This document shows, piece after piece, positions 1 to 12,923 of a stretch of DNA of 64,000 bases. The DNA comes from Octopus sinensis (taxonomy: Eukaryota): NCBI RefSeq assembly GCF_006345805.1, contig NC_042997.1:170872001-170936000 (forward strand). Direction: 5' to 3'. The translations under genes were made by a program, and so were the position numbers. The first letter of the stretch is position 1, and each line of letters begins with the position of its first letter. The notes under the pieces were generated by a model that saw only the letters and a list, made by a program, of their open reading frames with translations, did no database searches and was not told the DNA's origin.

Positions 1-29
1 TCTCTCTCTCTCCTATACTTGACATCTCA

Positions 30-260
30 TGAAAGATAGTCACTGTGATACAAGAAATGTCATTCATTTCCAACATTCTGTAAAAACATTTAACCATGGA
101 GAAATATTACCTTGCTTGGAAATAGATGAGGGCTAGCAACACAGGAAAAGCATTTGGTCATAGAAAATCTGCCTCAATAAACTCTGAGTGAGGCATGCAA
201 ACATGGTAAAGTGGATGATATAGTTGTGGTGGTGATGGTGATGATGATGATGATGATGAT
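30..260 (+). mobile_element. 3' fragment of a (GAT)n-tailed SINE or RTE-type tail
   Basis: Motif ggaaatattaccttgcttggaaa...gaaaatctgcctcaa...catgcaaacatgg(t)aaagtggatg followed by (GAT)n. It recurs near 15720-15945, 35230-35405, 58440-58640 and 61450-61515. Confidence 0.7.
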
Positions 261-431
261 CCTCTTCCTCCAAGATAGCAGTGTGGGTGATTCAGCAATT
301 GACAAGACCGATATGAAAATCTTGCATTTAACCATTTAAATTTCTATTCAGCACCACCCTGTTTTGCTACATTCAATGTCAACATAAGTTTTACCTGTTA
401 GAGACACTGAGTGGCGAAAATACTTGGGTTA

Positions 432-632
<201 letters not shown>

Positions 633-1014
633 TCACTCAATCCTTGTTCCATTATACATCAATTATTACCATTTATGTTCTTACATAGTTGAGTTAGTGA
701 GAGAGCCTCTACATGGTCTCTTGCAATAGCAGCCAAATATTCATCAAATTACACTGTATCATATAACAAGGAAGAAACACATTAGATAATGGTCATGCCT
801 GGGAGGCATTTGCTTTTTGGTCTGCTGGATCTACATAGTCCAATGGATAAACAACAACTTTTTTACATAGTTATAACATCAGAAAAGTAGTAAAAGTTGT
901 TCTTAGCTTTGGTCAGCTGAGAACTATGTCAATAAGATTAACAAATAAAATGTTTCATAGTTGTAACTTTCTATTGATTGATATTGTCTTTGCTGTAGGC
1001 CGCCGTCACCATCA

Positions 1015-1240
1015 TTATCATCATCAACAACAACAACATCGTTTAACGTCTGTTTTCCATGCTGGGATGGGTTGGATGGTTTGACTGAGGTCTGGATAGC
1101 CAGTAGCTGCACCAGGCTCCAATCTGCTCTGGTAATGTTTCTACAGCTGGATGTCCTTCCTAACACCAACCACTCCGAGAGTGTAGTGGGTGCCTTTTAC
1201 ATGTCACCGACACAAGAGCCATCCACAGGGGGTACTGGCA
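1015..1240 (-). mobile_element. RTE-type 3'UTR fragment ending in (GAT)n
   Basis: catcatcgtttaacgtc...ttccatgct...ctacagctggatg.ccttcctaac.ccaaccactcc.agagtgtagtggg is the reverse complement of the 39720-39889 sequence. Further copies at 27010-27405 and 58250-58335. Confidence 0.8.
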
Positions 1241-1943
1241 AGGTCATCAGCATAGATGAGCTTCCAGGGGCAGCCTATCTTGAATTCCTCTGTTATTGCC
1301 TGGAGGACTATAATGAATAAGAGGGGGCTGAGGACTGATCCTTGGTGAACCCCTACTTCTACTTGGAATTCTTTATTATACTAGTTGCCAAACCTCACCT
1401 TACTGACAGCATCCCTGTACAGGGCTTGTACAGCCCTTACCAGCCAAACCCTTTTGTTACCATATATCTGTTGAAATATACTATCTTTATTTCAATCTAT
1501 TTGAAAATAATGAAGAATTTAGTAAATTTATTCCATCTTTATAACTATGGTATTTGGAACAGGAATTAATGTGAGATTTTATGGCAGGTTATAATTTAAG
1601 TAAATTTAAGTAGGATCTATCTATCCATAGAACCTGAGCTGGTCTCTTACAGGTTGGAATCAAATCAGTTAGAGTTTACTTCTTAAACTGAGCATGTTGT
1701 GTGATTGCTGGCATATCACACATTACAGAATTGTTGTGTTCACAACAGTCTTCGAACTCCATACTATGGCAACATTTTAAATACCAGAGATACTTGTACA
1801 TAGGCTCATACACTTCAAATACAAGTGTTGAGGCTGACTTCTCCAATGCACATACCGCTATAAGGTTGTCACAAAATCTTAACCCTTTAATACCAATCTG
1901 CCTAAGACTGCCTTTGATCCTGTGATACAGCTTCCCGTTTTAA

Positions 1944-2108
1944 CCCTTTAGTATTCAAACCAGCCATATCAGGCTCAAATATTCTACATACTTTATGTTC
2001 AAATTGACCAGATGAGGCCTCTTACACCTACCACACAATGTAATTCTAAAAATATACAACCATGTTATTGAAATCACAAAGCTACAAAGTAATGTGAATG
2101 CCAAAGGG
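1944..2108 (+). mobile_element. piggyBac-type MITE family 2 (TTAA TSD, CCCTTT termini), nested in a longer MITE starting at 1883
   Basis: TTAA|CCCTTTAG...CCAAAGGG|TTAA. Related copies at about 4252-4465, 10442-10620, 33842-34048, 38924-39105 and 56485-56707. Confidence 0.8.
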
Positions 2109-5100
2109 TTAAAGTGATCTAAATGAAAATCTTACATCAAAATTTCCTGTTAATTCATGTTTCAAACACCAGCTCAATAATGACAGTTACGCTTTCTACC
2201 ATATCATGGCCAACTTTTATATAACGTAATAGTGTTGATTAGTCAAAGAATAAAAAATATTGAGTTCAGTAGACTAATACAAATATAGAGTTTAGAGTCC
2301 AGAAGGAATTATTTACTGTCATAAGTTTACAACACTTAAGCTGATATCTGACACAATCTCCTGAAGTACTTTACAAGAAGGTTTGCATATTACTTTAAGT
2401 ACAGAGATCACATTGATAATGATTTCCTTTCAGTCATTTTTATTTACTATGTTTACTAAGAGCTGACACCAGAGGATATTGAACACAATAGCATTCTATA
2501 TATACTGTCAATAATTCTTTCAGCTATAAATACATGGTCTGAAAATTTTTTTTGGAAAAGAGCTAGTTGATTACATTGACTCCAGTGCTCTAATGGTTCT
2601 TATTTTATGATGAAATGCAAAGTTGACCTCAGTGGAATCTGAACTCAAGAGTGCAAAGCCGGATGAAATGCTGCTATAAATGGTCAGCTAAAAAGATTTC
2701 TCTCTCTCTCTCTTCCTTTTTTAAAAAATATAACAAAATAATACAGATTTAATAAAACACTGAAACTAAATCTAATTATTTCATGTAATAATACTTCTGA
2801 TGAGAGCTTTTCTGAAACAAAACAAACTCATTAGATACTCTACTACCCTTCTAAAATAGATTAGTTACTGTTTCTAATTAGGTTTCACCCTATTTTAAAT
2901 TTCAAACCCAACTGAGGTCAAGTGTGCTTTTTATTTAGACAGGCTGATGTAAAGTACCAGTGATATATTGAACCAGTTTAATCAAATGTGCATCCCTTTT
3001 CATGGCCTCGTATCAGGCCAAAATAAATCAATAAAACGTTAGGTTCCTCACTCTTTTTAAATTAAATCCAGTTGAGGTCAATTCTTCTTTTATTCATCAC
3101 ACAAATTAACAATAAAAACACCACAAACATACCAGCAATATTATTGGACTAATTTAATAGTGTACATCTCCTCCTTTTCATAGCCTCATGCCAACTCAAA
3201 AGAAATCAATAAAATTTTATCAGTAAATTGTTTTCGAAATTGAACTCCTAATAAAATTAGATTTTGTTCAAAATGAAGCCCAACAGCCTGTGTCTTGCAT
3301 CACAACAGCCAATTATTTGCATGTTACATAACAGAGAGACTAATTACTTGTAAATTATACAACAGTTAATTACCTGTTAGTTACAAAAATAATACTGACT
3401 CTAAAATGAAGTTGTAAAATATTGGTTTGATGAGTTTTATTAACAGAAAGCCAGTTGCAGCCTTGTCTTTATTGAAAATGGTAATTAGCAAAGTAGTAAA
3501 TCTAATTTTACCATCTCATAAAGAGAACTTTATTGGTTGCATCTAAGAATTATTACAGTGAGAAAGATTGATGTATTTAATATAAATTTACATGTATGTT
3601 TTCAGTAAGACATCCAAACTTTTAACTCATAACTTATTGGAAAAACAGAAAATAACATAACATCACTGACCGCTGGGATTTACTAGTATACTTAATGTAA
3701 GTCAGGAAACTGAAACTGACATTTAATACCAAGCAAGTGAATCATTTGAGAATAAAGTTGAATGCTGAATGGATTGCTCTCAAGCAAGCAATGCTCTGTC
3801 TACTCAAAAAAAAAAAAAATTGTGGGTGTGTGCAGAGATTTGCTTGTGTGCATCCATGCAAGTAACCATTACTAGAATTTCTTCAATTACAAAAATGTTT
3901 ATTTCATCTCGAAAATCTGGTGTATGCACAGCTTAGAGGGAACCCTGTTCTCAAGTTAGTATTTATTGCGAATGTTATTTATTTCTAGAACAGCCATGAC
4001 CAAAGGCACTCCAGCTGTGACCATCCTGTCTTTCCCTATGACTGGTGAACCCATTAGTACACTATCCAACATTTAGGAAGTAGTTTCAAAGAGAACTGGC
4101 TGCTATTTGTAGCAGGTCAAGTTATCATGCTGAAGCTTGCATATGAAGAGGTGGTATATTAGATATATTTTAAACATTTACTGCATTTAGGATGATAATA
4201 GATTTAGTAACACATTGGTGATGTACTTCCTGTCAATTCTTTAACACTGTATCCTTAAGCATTCAGATTATTGTCAAATGTAATGCTTATTGATTCACAT
4301 TGTTTTGAATTAATCATGCATTAACTTGTAGCTTTGAGATTTTGATGATGTGAGTGTATATTCTTAGAATGACATTGTAGGATATAAGAGGTCAGATCTG
4401 GTTGGTCTGAGTATAAAACAGGTAGAATATTTGTGTTGGATATGGCCAGTTTAAATGCTAAAGGGTCAAACTATCCATATCCATATCCAACCAAATTAAT
4501 CTACCTGTTTTATCCTCAAAACAAACCAGATCTGGCCTCTTACACCTACCCTAAAATGTTGTAAACAACAAACAATCACATCATCAGGATTTTAGAGCTA
4601 CAAATTATGCACGCAAAGTCACTGAGTGAGTATCCACAACTTGATATGTTAGAAATAACAGCCAAACTTTTAAGACTTAAAAAAAAGAGGACACATTGGT
4701 CAATGTAGTCCCAAGTATAAAATGTCTGGAGAAAAAAATAACAAAACAAAGAAAATTCTAGTGATGGTTGGAAGAATTTTGATCATAGATCTGTTATCTG
4801 TTTAATAACAACTTCTAAGGAAGGTAAAGAGAATTCTAACCATCCCTAGTTTTTTTGTTTTTTTAAGTCAAATACATTAACTTAATAGTTGGGTGGTTGA
4901 CAGTTGCTACAGGTGACATGTGCACAATCATTGTGGGTGTTCAAATATTCAAATCAGCCACAACTGACTTTTTGCTCACCAGTTGCTTTTGTACTAACAG
5001 AAACACTTGATTCATTATTGTTGGAAGTCATAGGGCCTTTGTAATAGAAAGAGCAGGAAATGATAGAGTCCTGAATTAGTGAGGCATGGGTGGGTAAGAT

Positions 5101-5117
5101 ATATATATATATATATA

Positions 5118-5300
5118 TAGGGAGAATTCATGAAAAAAAAAAACACAAGATGAAGACAGGTGGTGTAGAAAACACTTGGGAATTGAAAAAGTCTTTTACG
5201 TTTCGAGCTTACGCTCTTCCACAGAAAGGAACACAGAAAGAAACAAGGAGAGAAAAAAAAATGTGTGTAGTAGCTACCAATCTATCATGGATCAAAGTGT
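5118..5300 (-). mobile_element. Short hammerhead-bearing element family H2, copy 1
   Basis: Homologous to 40981-41165 (+) and 57721-57925 (-). Contains a hammerhead-like fold at 5193-5228 and abuts (TA)n. Confidence 0.7.
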
Positions 5301-5457
5301 AGGAAGTTTGTAAGCTTTGAGTAGTCCATGATAGGTATAAAAAGACAATGTTCAGGAACAATAATAATTTATTGGCTTTTCCCACATCAAAGTTTGATAA
5401 GCTACAAAAATGTTTTTATAGCTTACAGGTTAGCAACTTCAGTTGCTATGAATGCAA

Positions 5458-5590
<133 letters not shown>

Positions 5591-8500
5591 AAATATGGTC
5601 AATGAACAATTATTAAGAAAAGAGAGATAGAAAGTGAAAATCAGATGAAAGAGTGACAGGAAGAGCCTATATAAGTATACAATAACTTCAAATGTATAGA
5701 TTTCCCATTAAAATACAATGAAAGAAAATCGAAAACAGACAATGTTCAAGGTCCTACAGTAGCTACCTTCCTGTCTATAAACTAATGTTCATACTTGTTT
5801 TCTGTCAACACCCTTCATCTCCAGTGACAATGTAATGGCAATTCACAAATGTAAAGATTTGTAACAACCAATAATTATAACACCTATTTACACACTCTTA
5901 CAAATTAATCTAAGCAGCAGAAATGAATCTAGTGATGGATAATTGACTGCCAGCTATGCTGTTGTCACAATTAGTGACAAGCTAATGGAAGTTGAATTCT
6001 TCAGAAGCTTTCAGTCAAATTCATACAAGACAAAGTAAGATACTTTTGTTGGGGGTGTAAGCCCTGGGTTACCTCTGATCAAACAGGTCTTTGGCATGTA
6101 GATAGCTTGTTGAATAACTAGGTGTAGCCTATATATATATATATTTTCCAGATATAACGTGACTCATTGAAGCTGCAGATCTATATACACTTTCACATCA
6201 TCATTTAACGCTCACTTTTCCATGCTTGCATGGGTCAGACAGAATATGTTGAGGTAGATTTTCTATGGCCACATATCCTTCTTGTCAACAAACAACATCA
6301 CTTGTATGATGGTGATACTTGTTTACAAGCATCACATGCTGTCAAGACAAGAATACACACACACATACATGACCAGCTTCTTTTATTGTCTATCTACTAT
6401 TCTCAAGGTTTTAGTTGGCCTGGGGCTATAGTAGAGGACACTTGCTCAAAGTGATGTGCAGTGGGACTGAACCTGAGACCAAATAGTTGGGAGACAACCT
6501 TCTTAACCTGACAGCCATGCCTAGTTAATTGAATAGGGTGCACTCTGATAGACTGGACACTCTCTAGTTCAGTTTATTTTTAGAAGTTCTGGGGGCAAGC
6601 TCAGTGAAAATAAAGCATATAAATGGTTTTCTCATCTACCAATCATTAATAGAGTACATCCCAGCACAGTGTTTGGGAATAATGAGGTTTTTGTGTTTGA
6701 AGTCTTTCTGTCGCAAGTTGACTTATAAGTCAACTTGTAATTATGGTAGAAAATGCTCAGATGGATTGAACTCTGAACAAGCATGATTGCAAAAGCAAAC
6801 CTTTTGACTGCACAACCATGCTTGCACCCATAATCTAGCAAGAAGTAACAAATTGAAGCAACACAAGAATCTGATCCAGCATGGTGGTACATTTGGAACA
6901 ATGATATTTGCCACACAATGGTTATTGGTGTTAGTTTAAAAATATTCCATCTACTCTGCTGCTAGCAACATTTTTAATATGTTCAGAGGATGTGACAGTA
7001 AGTGATGTAGATGAGATGAGATGGGATAGTTTGGCTAGCATATACAATAGCTTCAATTCTTTTAGGATTTATTATTATACAAGTGTGGTTGGTAATCTAA
7101 TAGAGAGAAAATGTTGGCTAATAAGAATAAAGGTTAATTCAAGAAATATTTGGAGTAGAAATAGTTAATAGCTAGATTTAATGAGATGAGATTGAAATAA
7201 ACTAAATGAAGTTCCAGTCACTCTTTGACAGTTGGCATAAAAATGAACATGCCAAGGAGAGAGCTTGATCTGCTTGAAACAAAAGCCACATGTCTCTACA
7301 ATCACATCCTATCTTCTGACAAAAATGAAAGATGTGTTAGATAATGTTGTCACCCTTAAATACATAGCTTAAAAATATAAATACAAAAATGGATTGGTCA
7401 CAACTAATATGTCTTTGCATGTAGGCCTGCAGGCTCAGGGCTCACACAGGGCTGAGTAACAGCATAACAATGTAAAAGTGGGGAAGGATAACAAATACTA
7501 TGACACAAAGTGAATTCTAATTTTTTTGAAGTGCATAATGTACTTTTAGAATATACTCTGGTGCTTTCTCCTTCTCCCCCTCCCCCATGTCATCTGTTAA
7601 TCTCTCCATTACCACCTCACAACAATAGATCTATTCCTCCCATTATGCAGTAACTTCTCCCAACATCACCCTCTCAACAACAAATCCATTTTGCTCAGCA
7701 TACTATAACTTCTATCACCTTACCTTAAAGTCATCACTATATTTTCTTTTTCAGTGGTGGCAGCTTTTTTACCCTGTGAGTTACAAGGCAGTCTCACTAG
7801 ATCTAGTGGCATGAATAAAGCACCCAGTACATTCTATAAAGTGGTTGATGAATTAAGGAAGGTTCAGAGGACTGCTTAGCCTTACTGATGGTAAGATAAC
7901 CTCTATAGTGTTGGTGCCACAAAAAAAAAAAAAAGAAGAAATGCACCCAATAATGCTGTAAAGTGGTAAGTGTTTAGAAGAGCATCAAGCCATAGGAGCC
8001 AAGCATAGCTAAGACACTGCAGCAAGAGATGGCCCTCTGCTCCATCAAATCCTGTTAAGCCATTCAACCCATGCCATCAATGAAAGCAGATATGAAATGA
8101 TAATATTAGATGTGAAATGTAAGGATTTGAGGCACAAAAGAGAACAAAGCTTATGTCTAATATCACATTACTTTGAAAATCTTAAGAAGTTAATTCATTC
8201 ATATCACCATAATCATCATCATCACGTAAAAATAAATAATTCAGAAATTGAGATAATGGATGTTGTCTAAGTGATAAAATCAAGCTTAAATCTAGATGTA
8301 AATCTAATTTAATCAAAATTTAATGCCTATATGGAATGATCTGATGAATTATGTAAGCTATAAATATGGATTGATTTGTTTCTGTCGGTGCTATTTTTAC
8401 TTGTTACTATTAGAGATTCCAGGTTTAGTCATGGAAGAAAATGAAAAACCTGTAATATTATATTAGCATCTCAACAAGTGTTCTGAATTTTAAAATAGTT

Positions 8501-9566
8501 TTCCTTTACCTGCCTTGCCAGACAACAGGGCTTTAGTCATTAATATAGTCATAAATGAATTTTCATGTGTTCAAGCAGCAGTTTTTAAGATAAAATTTGA
8601 AAAATTTTTAAAGTCTAAGAATCATTAGAATTGTCGATTTCCAAACATATTAAAGAAAAAGAAAGGATTATTTTATACTAAAAAGTGCAGAATTTATTGA
8701 AATTGTTTCGGCATGTTTTGGTTGGTGAAAATTATTAATTCAAAAGAAATTTTACACATCCAAAATGGCTTACAAATGGCCAAAATTTGAGAATTCCAAC
8801 AGGAATATAGTAATTAAAATTGTCAATTTTTCAAATATGATGAAAGGTGAAAGTTATCCATTCTAACAAGCACAAAATCTCTCAGGTCTATTTCAATATA
8901 TTTTGGCAGGTGTAAATGACTTAGGAGATAAACTATATGTTCTAATGAAGCAAGTGTTGGCTATGAAATGAAAGATGAAATGTTTCACTAAACTCCTCCA
9001 TTATGTTTGTGTTTCAAAAACACAAAATGTCCTGCTGTGTTATAGACTTTTCTTTTATATTATCTATTTATTTATTGCTGACAAATATTTGTAACACAAT
9101 AAATAACTTTCTCTCAGTAAAGAAATATACATAAATAGTTCAAACTGTGTGCGTTTATGTGCATGTGTGTGGGTTTACACACTCATGTAAGCACATTCTA
9201 TTGCTTCCAGTCTTCAGCTCAGTATTAGCTGAGGGCTTTTACCCCATACTGTGTGAAGTAATACATAGCTGTATTTATTAGAATCACAAAGACATGATAT
9301 GAATATCATAAAACACAAATGTCCCAGTCAGAAAACTGAAACCAGAGTCCGAGGAAATTAGTGGCAGTCTTTAGCAAAGGCTATTTAACTCTTTTGACAT
9401 CAAGCTGTCTGAGACCAACTCTGGCTCTAGGACATAAACTTCCTGTTTTAAAGTGATCCAAATTAAAACCTTCCATCAAAACATGTCAAATGGTGTATCA
9501 AAAGTCAGCATAATAGTAACAAAATTACCTTATTAAGTTCTTCATTATTTTCAAAAAGCATGGAAT

Positions 9567-9617
9567 TTTGTCAGTGAACAGGTTGCGGTCTCAAAGCGAC
9601 GAAAATATTTTGACAAA
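9567..9617 (+). ncRNA. Minimal type-I hammerhead-like motif H1a (G3-C8 swapped core)
   Basis: Stem I TTTGTCA/TGACAAA, core GTGAACA plus an extra G, stem II GTTGC/GCGAC, GAAA, palindromic stem III AATATT. Folded by eye. Confidence 0.6.
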
Positions 9618-9874
9618 TTAAATTTAAATGCTGAAGTGAATCTAATGGTTTTTGTGTGTTTACTCAATGGCTTAAACACCTTTCATGCTGCAATTGTTTT
9701 TGTTCCAGCACATGATCTCAGATCAGGTCACTTGCTATGCAAGTACATTTCCATAATTCCAAAAGCTTGAGCCATGCTACCAAAACTCTGAGGAAAGCTG
9801 TTACTTGTTGCTTGAGAAAAATAACAGCTAAGCAACAGCTTCATTTCATTAGACACTGCTAGATAGCATGGAAT

Positions 9875-9925
9875 TTTGTCAGTGAACAGGTCGCGGTCTC
9901 AAAGTGACGAAAATATTTTGACAAA
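9875..9925 (+). ncRNA. Minimal type-I hammerhead-like motif H1b, tandem partner of H1a
   Basis: Same fold 308 nt downstream, with stem II GTCGC/GTGAC. Confidence 0.6.
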
Positions 9926-11490
9926 TTAAATTTAAATGTTGAAGTGAATCTAACGATTTTTGTGAGTTTCTTAAATGGCTTATAAACACCTTCCATGCTG
10001 CAACTGTTTTCAAAAAGCTAATCGAGACAAAAGCAATGTATTTCTAAAAGTCTTGAAATTTGAATAAGTAGATTTGTTATAGACAGGCAAGAAGTTTGAA
10101 GTTTCAAGCAAAACCTTTTCGTTGTAAAAAAAATAAGTTTTTGTTAGTGCTGAGAATATGTGTTTGAAGGAAGAGACAGGAAAAATAAAGAGAGAAAAGG
10201 ATGTTTATAGGAGGTCAGTGGCCAGGGTATCAAAATGAAATGTAGCTAGGGTGAGAGGAGGACAGTGACAAGTTATGAACAGACTACACAGCTTTTGTCT
10301 CAATTAATTTTGAGAATAAAGAAAAGCTTATTTTCATTTGGGTCACTTTAAAAGTGGAAGTTTGTATCACAGAACAGTGGTGTTTTCAGGCAGGTTGGTA
10401 ACAAAAGAGTTAATGAATATGAGAGTGTTGTGAGTATATAACACTTTAGTATTTAAACTGGCCATATCCAGCCAAAATGTTCTACTAGTTTTATGTTCAA
10501 AATGGCCAGATCCAGCCTCTATCGAAATTTTGATGGCTATGGGACAATGTATGATTAATTAAAAACAATGTGAATAAATAAACATTGCATTTGACAGAAT
10601 AATCTGACTGCTAAAGAGATTAGCAGAATCATGACAAGTTCTGATTCCTGTAATGGTAGCCATTTAACCACTCATGCCTGGAGAACAGCATATTTATCAC
10701 TCAATTCCATTTTGCCTGTCTTTATTATCATGAACTATTGTGTGCGTCAAACAAGAATTCATTGCAAAGAGGGCAGTCAAGTGATGAGAAATTGAGTGGA
10801 GAAAAACTCATGGAAAATAAAATTTGCAATCTGTTATCAATTTCTTGCAGAATCACTTCAGCTACTTTGATTATGTCCTTAGGAATATAATGAACATCAC
10901 AAATGCCATCTCTTTGCTTTTAAAAATACTAAATGGTGATGATTTCCCAATATTTGCCTTTTTTCATTGAAGTTTGTATAACTGTATCATAAACTTCCAG
11001 AGGCCCCTGGAATTAGCCTGCTTAGCTCTAGTTTGATGACATGAAGTGAAAATGAAACCCCATTCTATTGCAGATAGTATTCCAAATGATTTGGTGCTTA
11101 TTTACTACCAACAGCCAGGTAAATTGAGATTATGTCAAGTTCATTGTTCTGTCTGGAAAGACAGTGAAATATCTGCAGTAAATTTGAATTCCCAAAATAA
11201 AGAGTTGAATGTTCAATACTCATTTTTTCTCATCTACTTGATGATTATGGAGAAATTCATTGTGAGCTGCTTCAAAGCACTAGAAAATGAGATAAGAAAA
11301 CTAAGAGATATTATTGCAAGGATTTTGGCATGGCATGTTTAAGCGTGCTCCAAATTAATTGGTAGCACTCTGGGTCTCTTTTGACATATCCTCTTGAATT
11401 TGGTAGATGAGATCAGTGTAGAAGCTCATTGTATGTTTGTATACACGTGTATCCGTGTGTATATATCTTCCATTGATGTATTAATATATT

Positions 11491-11905
11491 TATTTCTTTA
11501 TTGACCACAGGGGCTAAAAATAGAGGGGACAAACAAGGACAGACAAAGGGATTAAGTAGATTACATTGACGCCAGTGCAAAACTGGTACTTATTTAATCA
11601 ACCTCGAAAGGATGAAAGGCAAAGTCGACCTTGACAGAATTTGAATTCATAACGTAATGGCAGACGAATAACCTATTTCTTTACTACCCACAAGGGGATA
11701 AACACAGAGTGGACAAACAAGGATAGACACACGGATTAAGTCGATTACATCGACCCCAGTGCCTAACTGGTACTTATTTAATCGACCCCGAAAGGATGAA
11801 AAGCAAAGTCGACCTCAGCGGAATTTGAACTCAGAACGTAATGGCAGACGAAATACCGCTAAGCATTTTGCCCGGCATGCTAATGATTCTGCCAGCTTGC
11901 CGAGT
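11491..11905 (-). mobile_element. Dimeric tRNA-derived SINE (family B)
   Basis: A full unit plus a 5'-truncated unit, bracketed by an 18-bp TSD TTGATGTATTAATATATT (11473-11490 and 11906-11923). Confidence 0.88.
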
Positions 11906-12119
11906 TTGATGTATTAATATATTGGCAAAAGAAAGAAAAAAAAAAAAGACTTGTCTATGACCAAAAGTCTTAGGGGATGTTTGTTATGCATCAGGAGAGA
12001 CAATGCCTATGTCACTGTAAGCACAGCTGAAAACCTATAACCAACAGTACTATTGTTTACAAGATGCAATTTAAGATATATAAGTGAACTAAAATTGCAA
12101 GGTTTCAGTGATGTGACAA

Positions 12120-12560
12120 ACGAAATAATAACAACAAAAGCAATATTGTTGGAGATGTAAAAAGTCAACAAGCCTGTCATAGTTCTCAACGACAGGAAGG
12201 ATAAGAAGTGCATACTTACAGATAAACCAATACCAACCGGAAGAAACTTAGAGAAACAGACCAAGTACAAAGACCTAGAGATTAAAATCAACAAGACAGG
12301 GTGTATGAAGATCAAAATAATGTCAATGGTCATTAAAACTTTAAAACTGTGGGACATGAAGAAGAGAATAGAAAAGTTTGCCAACCATATCATGAAGAAC
12401 ATCAATATCAATGCAACCCAGAAGATCGTTCTACTGGGAACAGCTCACAGACAGTAGTGAGTGCTGTCAATTAAGTGATATCATCTCTGTAGCACAGTTA
12501 AGAGATATCTTCCTTAGAGCACCATGCTATACAGAATGTAAAACAAGTATAATAATCATA
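12120..12560 (+). mobile_element. 3' fragment of an R4/Dong-clade non-LTR retrotransposon (restriction-like endonuclease domain)
   Basis: Open frame 12167-12457 reads NKPVIVLNDRKDKKCILTD...EKQTKYKDLEIKI...ATQKIVLLGTAH. This resembles the R4-type motifs N.PDIV...D...K..KY.DL..E and LQK.VLLGTA. A (TAA)-like tail follows. Confidence 0.75.
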
Positions 12561-12923
12561 ATAATAATGTTTCTTTCTAATTTTGGTACAAGGCCTGCAG
12601 TTTTGAATGGAGTTGAATACACTGTCACCAGCATTTGACTGGTGCTTAATTTTACTGCCCCTGAAAGGATGAACGGTAAAGTCGACCTTGGCAGAGTTGA
12701 TAGAAAATGCTACTAAGCATTTGTCTGATAAGCTAATGATCACTATCCTAATAATAATAGGTGAAGGTGCACGGCTCTGTGGGTAGAGTGTTGGGCTCAC
12801 AACCATGGGGTAGTGAGTTCGATTCATACCTACAACATCTCCTAAACTTATCTAGCATGAAAACATGGCAGTAGTAGTAGTAGTAGTAGGTGTAATGGTG
12901 GTGAATGTAATGGTAATAGTTAT

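Larger units (their letters stand above)
9389..10409 (+). mobile_element. Long piggyBac-type MITE related to family 1, interrupted by a retrozyme-like insert
   Basis: TTAA|CTCTTTTG...CAAAAGAG|TTAA. The 5' part resembles family-1 copies (ctctggctct...aaaac(c)ttccatcaaa). Confidence 0.7.

Noticed and set aside
2797-2990. CTGATGA and CTGATGT motifs as further hammerheads
   Set aside because: No convincing stem I, stem II or stem III could be formed.
2890-3250. Degenerate ~180-bp tandem duplication
   Set aside because: It is visible only as short shared motifs and is too decayed to define or interpret.
12007-12411. 134-aa hydrophobic minus-strand ORF
   Set aside because: It is the antisense shadow of the R4-like fragment on the plus strand.
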